Shown: positions 9,891 through 19,526 of the stretch, piece by piece
Layout of the letters: each line of letters opens with the position of its first letter
Position numbering within the stretch: the stretch's first letter is position 1
Assembly: GCA_963663165.1 (NCBI GenBank)
Contig: OY760175.1
Coordinates: forward strand, 672,001-736,000
Direction: 5' to 3'
Source of the DNA: an uncultured Desulfospira sp.
GTDB taxonomy: Bacteria > Desulfobacterota > Desulfobacteria > Desulfobacterales > Desulfobacteraceae
Length of the DNA stretch: 64,000 nucleotides
The notes under the pieces: model-generated
What the model saw: only the letters and a program-made list of their open reading frames with translations
Told to the model about the DNA's origin: nothing
Database searches by the model: none
Translations under genes and position numbers: made by a program

Positions 9891-11467
9891 CCTCTATTCA
9901 ATTTCAGAATTTTTTCCTTTCCCATGGGACGGAAATATCCCGCTTCCATGGGAAAATCAACGGATTGGGCCTTGAGAAACATGGCCCGGGTGGCAACGCA
10001 GGCCCCAAATAGAAGATTCAGGGCGATTTCCGCTGTCTTCCGGTTTTCATGGGGTTCAAGAAAGCTTGAAGCGGCCCACTGATTAAAGGCCCCCATGGCG
10101 GGGCCGCACCAGATCTGGTAATCCATTTTCCGTTCCGGTATTCCCTGAATGGCCCATTTAGAGGACCGGCCAAGATAGGACCGGAACACCAGGGCCATTT
10201 TGTGCCTTGGATTGGCGTCAGCCTTTTCGATCTCCCCAAAGCTGCCCCGGGATTCAAAGAACTCCCGGGTGGCCTGCCAGGCCTGCTCAAAACTGTGCTG
10301 CAAAAATTTATCTTCAATTTCCTGTCTGAGTTTTTCCGGGACAGTCTGAAAATCATTGTAAGTTTTAAAAACCTGATACAGCTTTTCAGCCCGGACCGGG
10401 AACATGGTTCCCCGCTTGAGGACCTGGACCCTGGCACCGATTTCAAACATGTCCGCAGCCGGGGCCATGGCCACATCGGCCTGTTCCGCCTGGCAGAGCA
10501 GTTTTTTTACATCCTCACTGATCCCGGCTTCCACACAGGCCTGGTTAATGGAGCCGGTCAGAATATAGGATGCCCCCATATTAAATGCCGCCGCCGCCGA
10601 TTCCGGCGTGGCAATCCCTCCGGCAAGGCCGACACACAGGGGCGTTTTATATTTAAACGTCTCCATAAACTGATTTTTTAAGGCCAGCATGGTGGGCAGC
10701 AGGGCCAGTGCCGGCCGGTTGTCCGTATGACCGCCGGAATCCGCTTCAGCGGTCAGATCCCGGGCCATGGGAATGGTTTGGGACAGTTCTGCCTCTTTTG
10801 GGGTGATCAGGTTTAATTCCAGCAGCCTGGCAACGAGTTTTTCCGGGGGTGGACTGAAAAACTGCCGGGCCACTTCGATTCTGGACACCTTGGCAATGAT
10901 ATGGTTGGGGGCAATGACCTTCTGGTCCGGTCCCTGATGAATCCCCTTGATCCGGTAATACACCAGCCCCAAGGTCATGCGCATAAACGCCGCCGCACTG
11001 ATCAGCCGGATTCCGTATTTTAAATAAAGGTTGACCGTGGCCATCTCATGATCAGGGTCTAAGGGACTGTGGATCAGGTTGAATCCAAAGGGCCTGCCTT
11101 CAAGTTCGCAGGTCAGTTTTACCGCGGCCGCTTCAATTTCACCCAGAGATAACCCGCCGGCCCCGAAAAATCCCATCATGCCGTTTTCGGCCATGGTCTT
11201 GACCATATCCACCGACGCGATCTGGTTGGCCATGGCCCCGGCCACATAGGCGTAGGAAAGGTGATGCCGCTGTTTAAAACCGGCGTCGCCCAGATTCTCC
11301 ATGGGCAGGGCAGGGCAGAAGGCCTTGACCTGTGAATCTTTGGTTCCGATTTCTGTCAAACCAGAAGGGGCTTCGTGTGAAAAGGCGACCTGACCGTCCC
11401 GGTCAGTGATATATATTGGTTTTGAAACCTGTAAAATGGTGTCTTTAATCTGTTGATGCGTATTCAT
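9869..11467 (-). CDS. pfaD: PfaD-family trans-acting enoyl reductase (PUFA/PKS)
   Basis: YVAGAMAN, AKVSRIEVA..F..PPP, TAEADSGGHTDNRP, VLKRGTMFP.RA, DYQIWCGPAMGAFN. Confidence 0.93.
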   Translation of the reverse strand: MNTHQQIKDTILQVSKPIYITDRDGQVAFSHEAPSGLTEIGTKDSQVKAFCPALPMENLGDAGFKQRHHLSYAYVAGAMANQIASVDMVKTMAENGMMGFFGAGGLSLGEIEAAAVKLTCELEGRPFGFNLIHSPLDPDHEMATVNLYLKYGIRLISAAAFMRMTLGLVYYRIKGIHQGPDQKVIAPNHIIAKVSRIEVARQFFSPPPEKLVARLLELNLITPKEAELSQTIPMARDLTAEADSGGHTDNRPALALLPTMLALKNQFMETFKYKTPLCVGLAGGIATPESAAAAFNMGASYILTGSINQACVEAGISEDVKKLLCQAEQADVAMAPAADMFEIGARVQVLKRGTMFPVRAEKLYQVFKTYNDFQTVPEKLRQEIEDKFLQHSFEQAWQATREFFESRGSFGEIEKADANPRHKMALVFRSYLGRSSKWAIQGIPERKMDYQIWCGPAMGAFNQWAASSFLEPHENRKTAEIALNLLFGACVATRAMFLKAQSVDFPMEAGYFRPMGKEKILKLNRGDQAEGI

Positions 11468-11607
11468 CCGGCCTCATCGCTTCGCTGCATAAATGAATGG
11501 ATTTAATTTTTTGTATGGCGCGGGGGGTATTTAACACAACTTCTTTAAAAAAAGCAACCGGCCCTGTTCCTGGTTGAACGGTTTGTCTCCAATAAAACCT
11601 AGGGAGC

Positions 11608-11698
11608 CGGAGGAAAGGAGACCGCAGACCGGAATGCGAAACCCCTAAGGATGCGCGATCCGGTCTCCCGTCTCCCTTTTTCCGGTCTGCGTTTCTTA
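11608..11698. repeat. Heptamer-armed palindromic element (GGAGACC/GCAGACC...GGTCTCC/GGTCTGC)
   Basis: ggagaccgcagaccgg...ccggtctcccgtctcc...ccggtctgcg in the pfaD-xerD intergenic region. Confidence 0.55.
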
Positions 11699-11829
11699 CA
11701 TTATAACTGCCATGGGCCACAAGCCCACAACGAATAATGAAACTAAAGATACTAGCAACGGTAGACTATAAATTGGGCACCGCAGGTGCTTCGCCCTCTT
11801 GTCTCTTGTTTCTTGTCTCCAGTTTCTTA

Positions 11830-11921
11830 TAAACGGCCACGGGCCGTCTTGGTTATCCAACCAAGAACCGCCCACAACAAATATTGAGATTCTTATCAGG
11901 ATGTTAGTGAGAGTTTCATAT
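11830..11921 (+). repeat. Repeat family B (~90 bp), copy 1
   Basis: aacggccacgggccgtcttggttatccaaccaagaaccgcccacaacaaatattga...gttagtgagagtttcatata is the reverse complement of the copies at 21.2-21.4 kb and 53.5 kb; a degenerate copy lies at ~11704-11742. Confidence 0.9.
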
Positions 11922-11930
11922 AAAAACAAC

Positions 11931-12821
11931 TCACCTTCGGGGATGATACTTCTCATGCATCCGGATCAAATATTCCCGGGTGATATGGGTATAAATCTGG
12001 GTGGTGGACACATCGGCATGGCCGAGCATGGACTGGACACTGCGAAGATCTGCTCCGCCTTCAAGCAAATGGGTGGCAAAGGAATGGCGCAGGGTATGGG
12101 GGGTAACGTTCTTATTAATCCCGGCTTTGGCGGCATATTTTTTAATAATTTTCCAGAATCCCTGGCGGGTCATGGGCTTCCCGGCCCTGGCCACAAACAG
12201 GTAGGGGCTGGCAATAGTGCCGAGCAGTTCAGGACGGCCGGTTTCCTTAAACAGCAACACCGCCTGCCTTGCCTTGGTTCCCAGGGGGATCACCCGTTCC
12301 CTGGACCCTTTGCCCATGACCCGGACCAGGTTGGCGTCCAGGTTTACATCCTGAAGGGACAGGGATACCAGTTCCGATACCCTTAATCCCGAACCATATA
12401 GGATTTCCAGCATGGCAAGGTTTCTGAGTTCTCTTGCCGTGACCGGATTGGCGGCATTGAGCAGGGCTTCAACCTCGGCAACGGATAAAATTTTGGGAAG
12501 GGCCAGGCCGGTTTTGGGCAGGTCCACTTCCAGAACAGGGTTGGCAGCCAATAATTTTTCATTGACCAAAAACTTGTAAAGCCCCCGGATGGTGATCAGG
12601 TGTCGGGCCCTGGATTTGGCTGACAGCCCTTTTTGGGATAAATGGATAAGCCAGGCCAGAATAACCGTTGTATCCACCTGTTCCAGCCGTTCAACTTTCT
12701 GGTCTTCTAAAAATTCGACAAATCTTGCCAGATCCCCGGCATAGGATTCAATGCTGTTGGGGGCCAGCCCTTTTTCAACGATTAAAAAATCCAGGTATTG
12801 TTGGGTGTGCTGGTCGATCAT
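11931..12821 (-). CDS. xerD: Site-specific tyrosine recombinase XerD
   Basis: EKGLAPNSIESY, YGSGLRVSEL, GKGSRER, MTRQGFW, HTLRHSFATHLLEGGADLR, TTQIYTH, HPR end. Confidence 0.93.
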   Translation of the reverse strand: MIDQHTQQYLDFLIVEKGLAPNSIESYAGDLARFVEFLEDQKVERLEQVDTTVILAWLIHLSQKGLSAKSRARHLITIRGLYKFLVNEKLLAANPVLEVDLPKTGLALPKILSVAEVEALLNAANPVTARELRNLAMLEILYGSGLRVSELVSLSLQDVNLDANLVRVMGKGSRERVIPLGTKARQAVLLFKETGRPELLGTIASPYLFVARAGKPMTRQGFWKIIKKYAAKAGINKNVTPHTLRHSFATHLLEGGADLRSVQSMLGHADVSTTQIYTHITREYLIRMHEKYHPRR

Positions 12822-12895
12822 AATATCGCTTTTAGCGGTTAGGGGTTAGAGCTATTGGCAGTTACCGGTTTGAGGTTAAAGGCGAATAGCTCAAA

Positions 12896-15211
12896 TCATA
12901 AAAACAATTCCGATATACACCTGAACCCAATGGTGTTGGCAGAAAATCCGGCAGGAAAAAGCCCCCTTGAGCCGATGGTAACGTCAGGTCCGCAGTTCCA
13001 TCCCCCGCCTTTGGCAATGCTGTACAGCCGGTTGGCCCGGGTTTTAACCGGGGGGTTTTGAACATCACCGGTCCACTCCATGACATTGCCCAGAATATCG
13101 GCCATACCGAATTCATTGGCAAAGGCTTCATATTCATCCACCGGGCAGGTGTCGGCCAATGCGGTTAATTCAAAATTCAGGGCCTTTGGGTTAAACTCGC
13201 TGCCCCAGGGATACCGGTTTCCCATATCGGTCCTTGCCGCGGCTTCCCATTCGGCCTCAGTGGGAAGCCGCCGGCCGATCCAGGACGCATAGGCCATGGC
13301 ATCTTCCACGCTGACCTGTACCACAGGATGGTTTCTTTTGCCATACAAGGATGATTCAGGCCCTGACGGCTGGAACCAGCAGGCCCCTTTAACCTCTTGG
13401 GATCCGGCTGATTTCTGCCAGGCAGCCCGGGTTTTTCGTTTTTTAAACCGGGCATAAAAAACCGTCCCATGCCCCCGTCTCTCTGCCGTGGTCACATATC
13501 CGGTATGGTCGACAAAAATTTCAAACAGGGCATTGGTGACGGGAAATTTTCCGATAAATGTTATGGGCATTTGCAGCTGCTGAAGTTCAAGGCTGGCCTT
13601 AAGTTTTTTTTGGGTCCCGACGGTGTACAAGCCTTCGGGAACCGTTACATAGATGTTAAATTTTTTCTCCCGGTCTCCCAGAGTTTCGTCAAACTGTTCC
13701 GCCCGCTCCCGCTGCGCCCTGAATTCTTCAAGGGCCTTTTGTTCTTCTTCATCTAATTCATCAACCTCTTCAAGTTCCTCGTCTTCTGCCAGCTCAATTT
13801 CTTCCACATCATCGTCTAAATCTTCAATTTCTTCTAATTCCTCATCTTCATCGAGTTCGATTTCTTCTACATCCTCATCGTCTCCGGCCTCGACTTCTTC
13901 AAGTTCCTCATCCTCCCCTAACTCAATTTCATCAATGTCTTCATCATCTGTGATTTCAGTGTTCTGGGCATCAATTTCTTCGAGTTCTTCATCCTCACCC
14001 AACTCGATTTCTTCAACGTCCTCATCACTGTCATTGATTTCCACGTCATCGCCGGTTACCTCTTCGAGTTCCTCATCCTCTCCTAATTCGATTTCTTCTA
14101 TGTCTTCGTCACTGTCAACAATTTCGACATCGTCGTCTTCAATCTCTTCAAGTTCCTCATCTTCACCTAACTCAATTTCTTCTATATCTTCATCATCGAT
14201 GATTTCGGTGTCCTCATCATCAATTTCTTCAAGTTCTTCATCCTCGCCCAACTCAATTTCTTCGATGTCCCCGTCACTGTCAACGATTTCAACATCATCG
14301 TCCTCAATCTCTTCAATCTCTTCGTCTTCATCTAACTCAATTTCTCCGATGTCCTCATCATCAATTTCCTCAAGTTCTTCATCCTCGCTCAGCTCAACTT
14401 CTTCGATGTCCTCATCACTGTCAACGATTTCAACATCATCGTCCTCAATCTCTTCAAGCTCTTCGTCTTCATCTAACTCAATTTCCTCAATGTCCTCATC
14501 GACATCTATAATTTCGGCATCCTCATCATTGATTTCCTCAAGTTCTTCATCTTCTGCAAGTTCTGCTTCTTCCAAGTCTTCATCGGCATCAACGATCTCA
14601 AGCTCGTCTTCATCGACTTCTTCAAATTCATTGTCATCCCCGCCGTCTCCGGCACCTTGGCCGGATCCCAGATCATCAAGCGCCCCTCCCTGGGAAACAT
14701 GGTTGATGATTTTTTCAATTTCCTTGATGATATCTTTTGACTCTGTGTCGCTGTCCGCCTCCTTGAGGCTCTCAAGGGCCTGAGAGACCGCCTTGAGCAC
14801 CCCTGAAATCTGTTCTAAATCAAACCCGGCCCCGGCGGCATCTCCCAATGAGTTAAATACATCGTTTTTGGCCTCCTCGCTCATATCAAAAACATTGGCC
14901 GGGGAAATAATGATGTTGTCAGGGTTAAATCCCTTTTGGGCCAGTTTTTCCAGGTCTTTGTTGATGGAGGATTTCAGGCTTGAAAAATTTCTTCTTTTGG
15001 ACCGGATTTTGGCCGGATCATGATTTAAGTCCCAAATCTGATCCACCAAGGCGTCCGTATCGATAAATCGAACCGGTTCCCCTGATTCCTGAGCGCTGCT
15101 ATAAACGGACAGAATGGCGGAAACCGCCTTGTATTTAACAGAGCCGGGGCGGTATTTAAGATGGGCTGCCGCCTGTTGAATATCATCTAAGGAAATGGAT
15201 AGTTTAGCCAA
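12896..15211 (-). CDS. FGE/SUMF1-family domain protein with a long acidic repeat and a putative N-terminal winged helix
   Basis: C-terminal FPVTNALF, HPVVQVS.EDAMAY, RLPTEAEWEAAAR, GNVMEW, IGFRC; central Asp/Glu repeats; TTG start after GGAGG. Confidence 0.85.
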   Translation of the reverse strand: MAKLSISLDDIQQAAAHLKYRPGSVKYKAVSAILSVYSSAQESGEPVRFIDTDALVDQIWDLNHDPAKIRSKRRNFSSLKSSINKDLEKLAQKGFNPDNIIISPANVFDMSEEAKNDVFNSLGDAAGAGFDLEQISGVLKAVSQALESLKEADSDTESKDIIKEIEKIINHVSQGGALDDLGSGQGAGDGGDDNEFEEVDEDELEIVDADEDLEEAELAEDEELEEINDEDAEIIDVDEDIEEIELDEDEELEEIEDDDVEIVDSDEDIEEVELSEDEELEEIDDEDIGEIELDEDEEIEEIEDDDVEIVDSDGDIEEIELGEDEELEEIDDEDTEIIDDEDIEEIELGEDEELEEIEDDDVEIVDSDEDIEEIELGEDEELEEVTGDDVEINDSDEDVEEIELGEDEELEEIDAQNTEITDDEDIDEIELGEDEELEEVEAGDDEDVEEIELDEDEELEEIEDLDDDVEEIELAEDEELEEVDELDEEEQKALEEFRAQRERAEQFDETLGDREKKFNIYVTVPEGLYTVGTQKKLKASLELQQLQMPITFIGKFPVTNALFEIFVDHTGYVTTAERRGHGTVFYARFKKRKTRAAWQKSAGSQEVKGACWFQPSGPESSLYGKRNHPVVQVSVEDAMAYASWIGRRLPTEAEWEAAARTDMGNRYPWGSEFNPKALNFELTALADTCPVDEYEAFANEFGMADILGNVMEWTGDVQNPPVKTRANRLYSIAKGGGWNCGPDVTIGSRGLFPAGFSANTIGFRCISELFL
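13745..14635 (-). repeat. Intragenic tandem repeat: 11 copies of EL(G/D/A/S)EDEE(L/I)EE(I/V), period ~19-28 aa
   Basis: Counted directly in the translated ORF; boundaries approximate. Confidence 0.9.
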
Positions 15212-15460
15212 AAGGCAATGCCTCCTTGAAACGGTAAAAAAGCCTTAAACCGGAACGGCCCCTCAGAAAATCATGGCCTTAAAGTTAGGTATCGGCTGTT
15301 TGGGCTAGTACTTCAATTATAGTATGGCCCCTTTTCAATTTCAACCGGCTGTCAAACCGATCCTGAATCGCTAAAAAAATAGTGCGGGCCCCCTTGAAAT
15401 CATTGATATTTAACGGATTGGGATTGAAATTTTTGCCCATTGTGTTAAAATCCAAAAATC

Positions 15461-16213
15461 ATGAGCAAAATTTTAACAATTTCCGGCCAGAAAGGCGGGG
15501 TAGGAAAAAGTACAGCCGCTGTCAATCTGGCCACGTCTCTTGCCCTGTACGAGAAACGGACCCTTCTGATCGACTGTGACCCTAGCGGGTGTGCCACCCA
15601 ATGGTCCGGTGTGAATCCCTTTTCCCATGATATCTCATCTGTTTTTAAAGGCAAGGTCGGTTTCATGGCGGCGGTCACAGGTACGGATCTGATGTATATG
15701 GATGTTCTCCCATCAGGATTTGACCTGTTTTCAGTCGCCTTAAGGCTGTCCAAACTTACGGCAAACGAAAAAATGCTCCGGGTATTTCTTCATACGGAAG
15801 CAGACCCTTCCTATGAGTACATTATTATTGACTCCCCCTCTTCATGGGGATACCTTGCTGTTGCCGCTGTTGCCGCGGCAGACATTCTGGTTTCCCCTGT
15901 CTGCCCGGACTTAAATCAGGAAAAGGATTTCTCAAGCCTTTTGAATCTGGTCAAATACATAAGGAAAACCCATGAAATCCCCATAAAAATCGGCGGTTTT
16001 CTATTTAACAGGGTCGATAGTAATGACCAGGTCAGTCAATTTCTTTTAGATCGCAACCTTCAAAACCTAAAGGATCTGGTCTACCAGACCACCATTCCGG
16101 ATGATCCGGCCGTCAAAAAAGCCGCGGCCCCGCTTGCCCTTTACGATATCAAAAATCCGGCGGCATCATCGTACCTGGATTTTGCAAAGGAGATTGTTCA
16201 GGCTTTAAATTAA
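15461..16213 (+). CDS. ParA/Soj-family ATPase (no parB adjacent)
   Basis: Deviant Walker A QKGGVGKST, LLIDCDPSG, YIIIDSP. Confidence 0.9.
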   Translation: MSKILTISGQKGGVGKSTAAVNLATSLALYEKRTLLIDCDPSGCATQWSGVNPFSHDISSVFKGKVGFMAAVTGTDLMYMDVLPSGFDLFSVALRLSKLTANEKMLRVFLHTEADPSYEYIIIDSPSSWGYLAVAAVAAADILVSPVCPDLNQEKDFSSLLNLVKYIRKTHEIPIKIGGFLFNRVDSNDQVSQFLLDRNLQNLKDLVYQTTIPDDPAVKKAAAPLALYDIKNPAASSYLDFAKEIVQALN

Positions 16214-16231
16214 AATGTGCAAAGGTGATTC

Positions 16232-16672
16232 ATGAAACTGATTCCGCCTGAATCCATCAAGGAAAACGAAAAAGAGTTCATTGATACCATTAACGCCGAA
16301 CTGGATTGGGAATCCATTGAAAACCTGTTGATGGAAAAGCATCAATTTACCCTTCAAGAAGAGATCGAATACAAGAACGGTGACCTCATTGTCCATAACA
16401 ATCAGATCGCCTACCAGTTTGACTTTGAAGTCAAGGTGCCATTGTCCGTGATTTTCAACCGGAACGGCGAATGCATTGAAATGAACACCCATGGTTACAG
16501 CGCCGATGAGACCGGTATGCCGGCCGATGAACCGGACAGCCCGGAGGATGGCGTCCTTGAAGCGGGGATTGATGAGCCTCCCCCAAAGGAATCAAGCCAT
16601 AAAGAAAAGGTAGAGCAGATGGCTTCGGATATTGCAGACATGATTCATGAAATCAACCAAGGAGATGAATAA
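16232..16672 (+). CDS. Acidic hypothetical protein
   Basis: 146-aa ORF co-oriented with parA; its stop overlaps the next start (TAATG). Confidence 0.7.
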   Translation: MKLIPPESIKENEKEFIDTINAELDWESIENLLMEKHQFTLQEEIEYKNGDLIVHNNQIAYQFDFEVKVPLSVIFNRNGECIEMNTHGYSADETGMPADEPDSPEDGVLEAGIDEPPPKESSHKEKVEQMASDIADMIHEINQGDE

Positions 16673-18114
16673 TGGAGATATCAGGGGATAAACACATAGA
16701 CCCGGTGGAAACCAGGAAACAACTTGATGAAATCCTTGCCCGGGAGATTACCTCCTTTGTTGAACTGGATACGGATGTGGCATCAATGTCCTTTAATCTT
16801 GCCAGCATTTCATGCATCATTTTAATGGTGGAACGGGAACGGGAGATCAAGCAGTACCCGGATTCCCCGCCGGAACGGTTCGATGAAGAATCTTTTCAGG
16901 AAGAACTGACGGACATTGGCCTTGACCTGGACGAAAACCTTGAAATGGTTCTCAATTCCCTGATCGGCCACGGGTACATCACCAAAACCGGCAATGGTGA
17001 TCTAGGGGCGGGGATGCCGGCCTTTATGATGGCAGGGCTTCTGGATTCCATGTTTCCGGGCATGCAGGGGCTGAATTTGATTGCCTTTGTGCTTCAGATG
17101 AACGATGAGGTGAATTCAGGCCGCAAAACCCTGGAACTTGCCAAACAAAGCTTTGAATCCACCCTGAAAAGCCGGGGGGTTCAGGTTAACCGTGACAGCG
17201 CCAAGAAACTGGCCACAGACATGGCCTCGGGTGCCACCAAACAATCGGTCCAGTCCAAACAGATTTCCGCCACACTCAAAAAGAACAACCTCAAGCGGCT
17301 TTCGGGCCTGATGAAAACCAGGAAACGCTCGGAAAGCTTCACCTCCAAAATGGTGGTCAGGGATGTGTTTGACAAAGGGCCCACCAAAGAGGAAATCGCG
17401 GCCCGGAAAGCCGAAGCCTTAAGAAAAGAACAAGAGGCCGAAAAAGCCGCTGAGCTGGCCCGGCAGCTGGCTGAAAAAGAAGAAAAAATCAAACAGTCCC
17501 AGGAAGAGGCCAGAAAAGCCGAAGAACAGCTAAAGGCGTTGGAAAAAAGGCAGGAAGAGTTGCGCATTGCCCGGGAGAAGGCCGCTGAGTTAGAAGAAAA
17601 AGAGGCCCTCATGGCCCAGCGGGAGGCCGAGCTCAAGGCCATGGAGGAACGGATCAGGCAACAAGAGGAGCAGGCCCGTGAAAGGCAGGCCCAAAGGGAA
17701 GCCGAAGCAGCAGAAAAGGCAGCGGGACCTGAACCTGTCAAGTCCCGGGCCGACGACGATATCGAGTCCAGAATTGCCGAATTTGAAAGTGATCTGTCAA
17801 CCCCTTGCCCCCTTTGTGCCAGCGGCAAAGTCGTGACCAGGACAACGGAAAAAGGCAAAGATTATTTTTCATGTTCAAATCCGGACTGCCGGTTTGTTTC
17901 CTGGGAAATGCCCTATCATTTTGAATGCCCCTTATGTAAAAATCCGTTTTTAACGGAGACCACAGGCCCAACCGGTGAAAAAGGGCTCAAATGCCCCAGG
18001 GCCGCCTGTGCCTACTCCCAGAACAACCTGCTTGACCCCAGACAGAACATGGCCGCCCCGCCGGCCCCGGCCAAAAAGAAAAAAAGAGTGGTCCGCAGAA
18101 AAAAGAAAGGATAG
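16672..18114 (+). CDS. Coiled-coil protein with C-terminal topoisomerase-type C4 zinc ribbons and a basic tail
   Basis: E/K/A/R-rich coiled coil; CPLC...CSNPDC.F.SW..P...CPLC...CPRAAC; KKKKRVVRRKKKG. Confidence 0.8.
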   Translation: MEISGDKHIDPVETRKQLDEILAREITSFVELDTDVASMSFNLASISCIILMVEREREIKQYPDSPPERFDEESFQEELTDIGLDLDENLEMVLNSLIGHGYITKTGNGDLGAGMPAFMMAGLLDSMFPGMQGLNLIAFVLQMNDEVNSGRKTLELAKQSFESTLKSRGVQVNRDSAKKLATDMASGATKQSVQSKQISATLKKNNLKRLSGLMKTRKRSESFTSKMVVRDVFDKGPTKEEIAARKAEALRKEQEAEKAAELARQLAEKEEKIKQSQEEARKAEEQLKALEKRQEELRIAREKAAELEEKEALMAQREAELKAMEERIRQQEEQARERQAQREAEAAEKAAGPEPVKSRADDDIESRIAEFESDLSTPCPLCASGKVVTRTTEKGKDYFSCSNPDCRFVSWEMPYHFECPLCKNPFLTETTGPTGEKGLKCPRAACAYSQNNLLDPRQNMAAPPAPAKKKKRVVRRKKKG

Positions 18115-18290
18115 GGAAAATCCCGAACCTTTAAATCGTAACCTTGACATTTTTTGTCATGATCTAAAAATTTTTTGTTCAATGCCTGGTCCATACCCCA
18201 GGCTTATCTCATCTCGGTTTTTGCTGGCTGAATAATTTATCTCTTTTGATATCAGTATATTAAAAAAAATAAATCCAAATTTCGCTTCCC

Positions 18291-18306
18291 TGGCATGCCA
18301 GTTGCT
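18291..18306 (+). promoter_or_regulatory. Sigma-54 promoter of pilA
   Basis: TGGCATGCCAGTTGCT matches TGGCAC-N5-TTGCW; pilA genes are commonly sigma-54/PilR dependent. Confidence 0.8.
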
Positions 18307-18371
18307 CATTAAGTTTTGCAACAAAAGAGTTTAAATCTTTTTAGTCCAACCCAAAGATAAGGAGAGTAAAC

Positions 18372-18764
18372 ATGACTAAAAAAAATGAAAACGGATTTAC
18401 CCTGATTGAACTGATGATCGTCGTGGCCATTATCGGCATTCTGGCCGCCATTGCCATCCCTAACTTCATGAATTATCAGTGCAAGGCCAAACAGGCTGAA
18501 GCCAAATCCAATCTTGGAAATATCCGCACCATGGAAGAGGCCTACTTTGCTGAGAATGATACGTATGACGTCGATCAGTCTAAAATCGGGTTTGCGTTAA
18601 AGGATGCAGCTGCCGCAAAATATACTTACACGATTACAGCTGCGACTGCGACCGGATTTACCGCGCAAGCAGTCGCCAAAGCACAAACGAATGGCAAAAA
18701 CGATACCTGGACCATGACCCAGACCGGAGCTTTGACAAACTCCGTTCCCGGATGCACGCCCTAA
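18372..18764 (+). CDS. pilA: Type IVa major pilin
   Basis: [23 protein letters not shown] prepilin motif, strong RBS, own sigma-54 promoter, downstream hairpin. Confidence 0.93.
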   Translation: MTKKNENGFTLIELMIVVAIIGILAAIAIPNFMNYQCKAKQAEAKSNLGNIRTMEEAYFAENDTYDVDQSKIGFALKDAAAAKYTYTITAATATGFTAQAVAKAQTNGKNDTWTMTQTGALTNSVPGCTP

Positions 18765-18799
18765 TCATTCGTTTAACGGTCAATAAATTAAAAGATCGG

Positions 18800-18840
18800 G
18801 TCCTGCGCCACCCTGAAAGGCGCAGGGCCACTCTTTTATT
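18800..18840 (+). terminator. Intrinsic terminator-like hairpin after pilA
   Basis: cctgcgcc-accctgaaa-ggcgcagg stem followed by a T-rich tract. Confidence 0.6.
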
Positions 18841-18843
18841 TTC

Positions 18844-19524
18844 ATGAAAACCTTATGCTGCTATATTTTAATTGTCGTCCTGCTGACGGCAACCATCCTT
18901 TTCCAAACCCGTCTTCTTAATGAGCGGTTTTCATTTTCCTTTGACAATCCCGAGTGCCCCTGGTGCGACGGCAACCAAATCGATGAAATCCGGTTTATTC
19001 CCGCCAAAACCCTGTTTATCAGATTGTTTGCCCCGGCAGATCCCGATTTAACGGCTGATTTTTTATGGGTCCGGACCAAATACTATTTTGGCGCCCATGC
19101 GGTTACAGACCAGGACTATTTTTTCTTAAACTACCTGCTGGAAAAAATCACCGATCTTGCGCCACACTGGAAAGTGCCTTACATTTTTGGTGCCGTTGTT
19201 TTATATCTTGAGGCACAAATGCCCGATGACGCCCTCTGGATTCTGGATAAAGGGTTGGCAAGCTTTGAAGATGACTGGCAGTTTTATTTTCTAAAAGGCT
19301 ATATTTACTGGAAGGCCTTTGAAAACCTTGAAGAGGCCAGCCAGCAGATTTTTGAAGCGTCCAAACAAAAGGACGCCCCGCAATACTTAAGGGGCCTGTC
19401 GGCCACCCTTGCCTCAAGGTCCGGCAACCGGGCATTTATGGAAACATTTTACCGGATTATTGACCAGCATGTGGATGACCCAGAACAAAAACAGAAGATC
19501 CGGGAAAAACTTAAAGGAAATTAA
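18844..19524 (+). CDS. Membrane-anchored TPR-like protein (pilin-associated, XapA/PilG-like)
   Basis: N-terminal TM; ADFLWVR...ITDLAP...ILDKG...WQFYFLKGYIY; located between pilA and an ABC transporter. Confidence 0.7.
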   Translation: MKTLCCYILIVVLLTATILFQTRLLNERFSFSFDNPECPWCDGNQIDEIRFIPAKTLFIRLFAPADPDLTADFLWVRTKYYFGAHAVTDQDYFFLNYLLEKITDLAPHWKVPYIFGAVVLYLEAQMPDDALWILDKGLASFEDDWQFYFLKGYIYWKAFENLEEASQQIFEASKQKDAPQYLRGLSATLASRSGNRAFMETFYRIIDQHVDDPEQKQKIREKLKGN

Positions 19525-19526
19525 CC

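Noticed and set aside
11560..11700. Structured ncRNA (6S-like or riboswitch) upstream of pfaD
   Set aside because: The pairing is explained by heptamer inverted arms; no conserved motif of a known RNA family was recognised.
13653..14783. 376-aa Ser-rich ORF on the + strand
   Set aside because: Antisense shadow of the Asp/Glu repeat (GAA/GAT codons read TTC/ATC/TCx in reverse); the minus-strand ORF carries the recognisable domain.
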